DNA of 64,000 nt from Hemiscyllium ocellatum (taxonomy: Eukaryota): assembly GCF_020745735.1 (NCBI RefSeq), contig NC_083412.1, forward strand, positions 48,983,181 through 49,047,180, read 5' to 3'. This document shows, in pieces, positions 61,001 to 64,000 of this stretch. Both the position numbers and the translations under genes were made by a program. Below the pieces are notes generated by a model. The model had not been told where the DNA came from. It worked only from the letters and a program-made list of their open reading frames with translations, and searched no databases. Every line of letters starts with the position of its first letter. The stretch's first letter is position 1.

Positions 61001-62905
61001 CAAAATGCTGAGTATATGTAAAAGGGAAATCAGGAGGATAAAAGAGGACGTGAGATAGCTTTGGCAAACAGGGTTAAGGAGAATCCAAAGGGTTTTTATA
61101 AATACATTAAGGACAAAAGGGTAACTAGGACAAGAATAGGACCCCTCAAAGATCAGCAAGGCAGCCAATGTGTGGAACTGCAGGAGATGGGGGAGATACT
61201 AAACAAGTATTTTGCATCTGTGTTTACTGTGGAGAAGGACATGGAAGATATACAGCATGGGAAAATAGATGGTGACATCTTCAAAAATGTCCAAATTACA
61301 GAGGAGGTGATGCTGGATGTCTTAAAATGCATAAAAATGGACAAATCCTCATGACCTTATCAGGTGTAACCTGGAACTCTGTGGGAAGCTAGAGAAGTGA
61401 TTAATGGGCCGCTTGCTAAGATATTTGCATCATCAATAATTACAGATGAGGTGCTGGAAGACTGGAGGTTGGCTAATGTGATGCCACTATTTAAGAAAGG
61501 TGGGAAGGAAAAGCCAGGGAACGATAGACCAGTGAGCCTGATGTCGATGGTGGGCAAGTTGTTGAAGGGAATCCTGAGGACAGGATTTACATGTATTTTG
61601 AAAGGCAAAAAATGATTAGACATAGTCAGCATGGCTTCATGTGTGGGAATTCATGTCTCACAAACTTGATTGAGTTATTTGAAGAAGTAATAAAGAGGGC
61701 AGAATGGTGGATGTGATCTATATGGACTTCAGTAAGGCATTTGACAAGGTTCCCTTTGGGAGACTGATTAGCAAGGTTAGATCTCACGGAATACAGGGAG
61801 AACTAGCCATTTGGATACAGAACTGGCTCAATGGTAGCAGACAGATGGTGGTGGTGGAGGTTTGTTTTTCAGACTGCAGGCCTGTAACCAGTGGTGTGCC
61901 ACAAGGATTGGTGCTGGGTTCACTACTTTTTGTCATTCACATAAATAATTTGGATGTCAACATAGGAGGTATAGTTAGTAAGTTTGCAGATTACACCAAA
62001 ATTAGAGGAGTAGTGGACAGCAAAGAAGGTTAACTCAGACTACAACGGGATCTAGATCAGTTGGGCCAATGGGCTGAGGAGTGGCAGATGGAGTTGAATT
62101 TAGATAAATGTGAGGTGCTGCATTTTGGAAAGGCAAATCAGGACAAGGACTTATACACTTAATGGTAAGGTCCTGGGGAGTGTTGCTGAACAAAGAGACC
62201 TTGGAGTGCAGGTCCATTGTTCCTTGAAAGTAGAGTCACAGGTAGATAGGATAGTGAAGAAGGCATTTGGTATGCTTTCCTTTATTGGTCAGGGCATTGA
62301 GTACAGGAGTTGGGAGGTCATGTTGCAGCTGTATAAGACATTGGTTAGGCCACTTTCAGAATATTGCGTGCAATTCTGGTCTTCTTCCTATAGGAAGGAT
62401 GTTGTGAAACTTGAAAGGGTTCAGAAAAGATTTGCAAGGATGTTGCCAGGGTTGGAAGCTTTGAGCGAGAGCAAGAGGCTGAATAGGCTGGGGCTGTTTT
62501 CCCTGGAGTGTCAGAGGCTGAGGGGTGACCTTATAAAGGTTCATAAAATCATGAGGGGTATGGATAGGATAAATAGACAAGGTCTTTTCCCTGGGATGGG
62601 GGAGTTCAGAACTAGAGGGCATAGGTTTAAGGTGACAGGGGAATGATATAAAAGGGACCAAAGGGACAACATTTTCACACGGTGGGTGGTGCGTGTATGG
62701 AATGAGCTGCCAGAGGAAGTGGTGGAGGCTGGTACAATTACAGCATTTAAAAGGCGTCTGAATGGGTAAATGAATTGGAAGGGTTGAGATGAATATGCAT
62801 ACCAAATGCTGGCAAATGGGACTAGATTAGGTTAGGATACCTGGTCAGCATAGATGAATTGGACCAAAGGGTTTGTTTCCTTGCTGTACTTCTCTGTGAC
62901 TCTAT
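55030..62905 (+). mobile_element. Near-full-length CR1 (host): ORF1 esterase ~55030-55960; ORF2 endonuclease ~56090-56890, resuming at 60766 through RT and 3' tail
   Basis: QDSLVRGTDRHFCG (SGNH-like), YFNARGL, YYRPP, VGDFNFPNIDW, SDH, DFSKAFDKVP, SGVPQG; multiple stops and frameshifts. Confidence 0.9.
56891..60765 (+). mobile_element. Second near-full-length CR1 nested in the host's ORF2
   Basis: 5' UTR; ORF1 LVTGDSLVKGIDRRFCG; YLNARSI; DFSKAFDKVPH; FADDTK; (TGTTCTA) tail. Host sequence gccttca|aaatgagataa is split at the junctions. Confidence 0.9.
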
Positions 62906-62909
62906 TTAA

Positions 62910-63720
62910 TATTCCCCATATACTCTGAATAGTTCCGTTGCTACTTTCGTCCGAAGAATGAATGGAAGTTTATGTGAATATGAAGGTTCCCTCCAGTGTT
63001 AGGTTTGATATTCACATGCAAATCACTGAATATCTTGAATTATCCCTGGCTCGTACACAGTTTCATGTGCTCACTGATTTGTGTGTTCAATACCGATGTG
63101 TTCTGGTGTAACATGGATCTTATCTCTTAGCATACTGCTTTTGATATTAGAATTTGTTTGCTCTTGAAGATGAATTGACATGATATACCAAGTTTGTCCT
63201 TCTATGGCCAAAATGAATGAATCATTTCATACTTTTAATTAGTACTGTCAGGCCATGTATGACTATTGTTCTTGTATAAGTCTTACATGATCACAAGTTG
63301 ATCATCTTTGGTAGTTGCTAATTTCAACTCTTCACACTGGCTGTGGCCAGATCTGATCGATCTTGAGAATACCTTTCCCTTTGTAGTCAAGAGCATCAAC
63401 ATATAGGTAAAAGGAATATCTTGGTCTTTTGTGTGTCTTAATGTAACCACTCTGGTACTCGGCTTATTTCTCACTTCAGTCGTATCCTTAACCCTTGACA
63501 AGTAAACACTGCAAGAATGGCAATACACTATTGTGCAGTTTGTGGCACATCATCTCTAATGACTTATGATCTGTTTCAATGGGGAATTTCCGGCAAAATA
63601 AATATGTGTGAAATTGAATGATGCCTAATTCCAAGCTTAATGTCTCATCTTCAATATTGGAACACAGTTGGTTTTGCAATAACGTGTGTTTCTTCAACAT
63701 GAATTGGCTTTTAAACAGTT
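62910..63720 (-). mobile_element. Gypsy LTR-retrotransposon pol remnant (RNase H-like and integrase Zn-binding regions)
   Basis: SNIEDETLSLELGIIQFHTYLFCRKFPIETDHKSL (cf. IEKExLA...FHxYLxGxxFxxxTDHKPL); EHIGIEHTNQ*AHETVYEPGIIQDI (cf. GHxGIxKTxxRARxxVYWPGIxxDI). Confidence 0.75.
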
Positions 63721-63889
63721 GACGAATTTAGACCATTATTTGTAGATTGTGTACTTTTCTTACCTGTATTGGCTATAATGCGATTCCAGCTCCCTTAGTT
63801 TAAATGGCACAGCAATTGCGCGATTTTCTTATAACACGAGATCGCATGAGAACAGAACTGTTGCATTATATCAGAACTAACCGTAGTTG

Positions 63890-64000
63890 GCTTTATTTTA
63901 ATTCCTTCATGGGATGTGAACATTGCTGGCAATGCCAGCATTTATTACCCATCCATAATTGTTAACAGTTAAGAGTCAATAATATTGCTATGGGTCTGGA
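63890..64000 (-). mobile_element. L2/CR1-clade LINE 3' tail (runs off the window)
   Basis: Reverse complement of the tail at 28650-28735 (atgggatgtgaacattgctggc..gccagcatttattaccc). Confidence 0.5.

Noticed and set aside
63581-63591. Canonical NF-kB site GGGGAATTTCC
   Set aside because: A single short motif inside a Gypsy remnant 16 kb from the gene end; expected by chance.

Overview
Vertebrate genomic DNA, most likely a shark or other cartilaginous fish. This is inferred from the repeat families: V-core tRNA-SINEs with CR1-type tails, CR1, Rex1/Babar-like, Penelope-like and Harbinger elements. One host gene can be reconstructed on the + strand. It is a five-exon, all-phase-1, ~230-aa type I membrane protein (30501-47351) with signal peptide, one CD2/SLAM/CEACAM-like IgV domain, glycosylated stalk, TM helix and a cytoplasmic EDIYENM tyrosine motif. 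The rest is mostly decayed transposable elements, including a near-full-length CR1 nested in another (55030-62905), a heptamer-built 1.8-kb minisatellite and a Gypsy pol remnant. The most notable signal is a family of about 17 minimal hammerhead-ribozyme motifs (CUGANGA-stem II-GAAA-palindromic stem III) in two covarying sequence families. They sit in Penelope-like elements and in tiny non-autonomous derivatives: a head-to-head palindrome, a 306-nt tandem retrozyme-like unit, and 95-130-bp minis with 11-16-bp target-site duplications. Several lie inside the IgSF gene's intron 4. All calls were made by eye; boundaries of decayed repeats are approximate (tens of bp). Most ORFs in the supplied track are repeat-derived or spurious.
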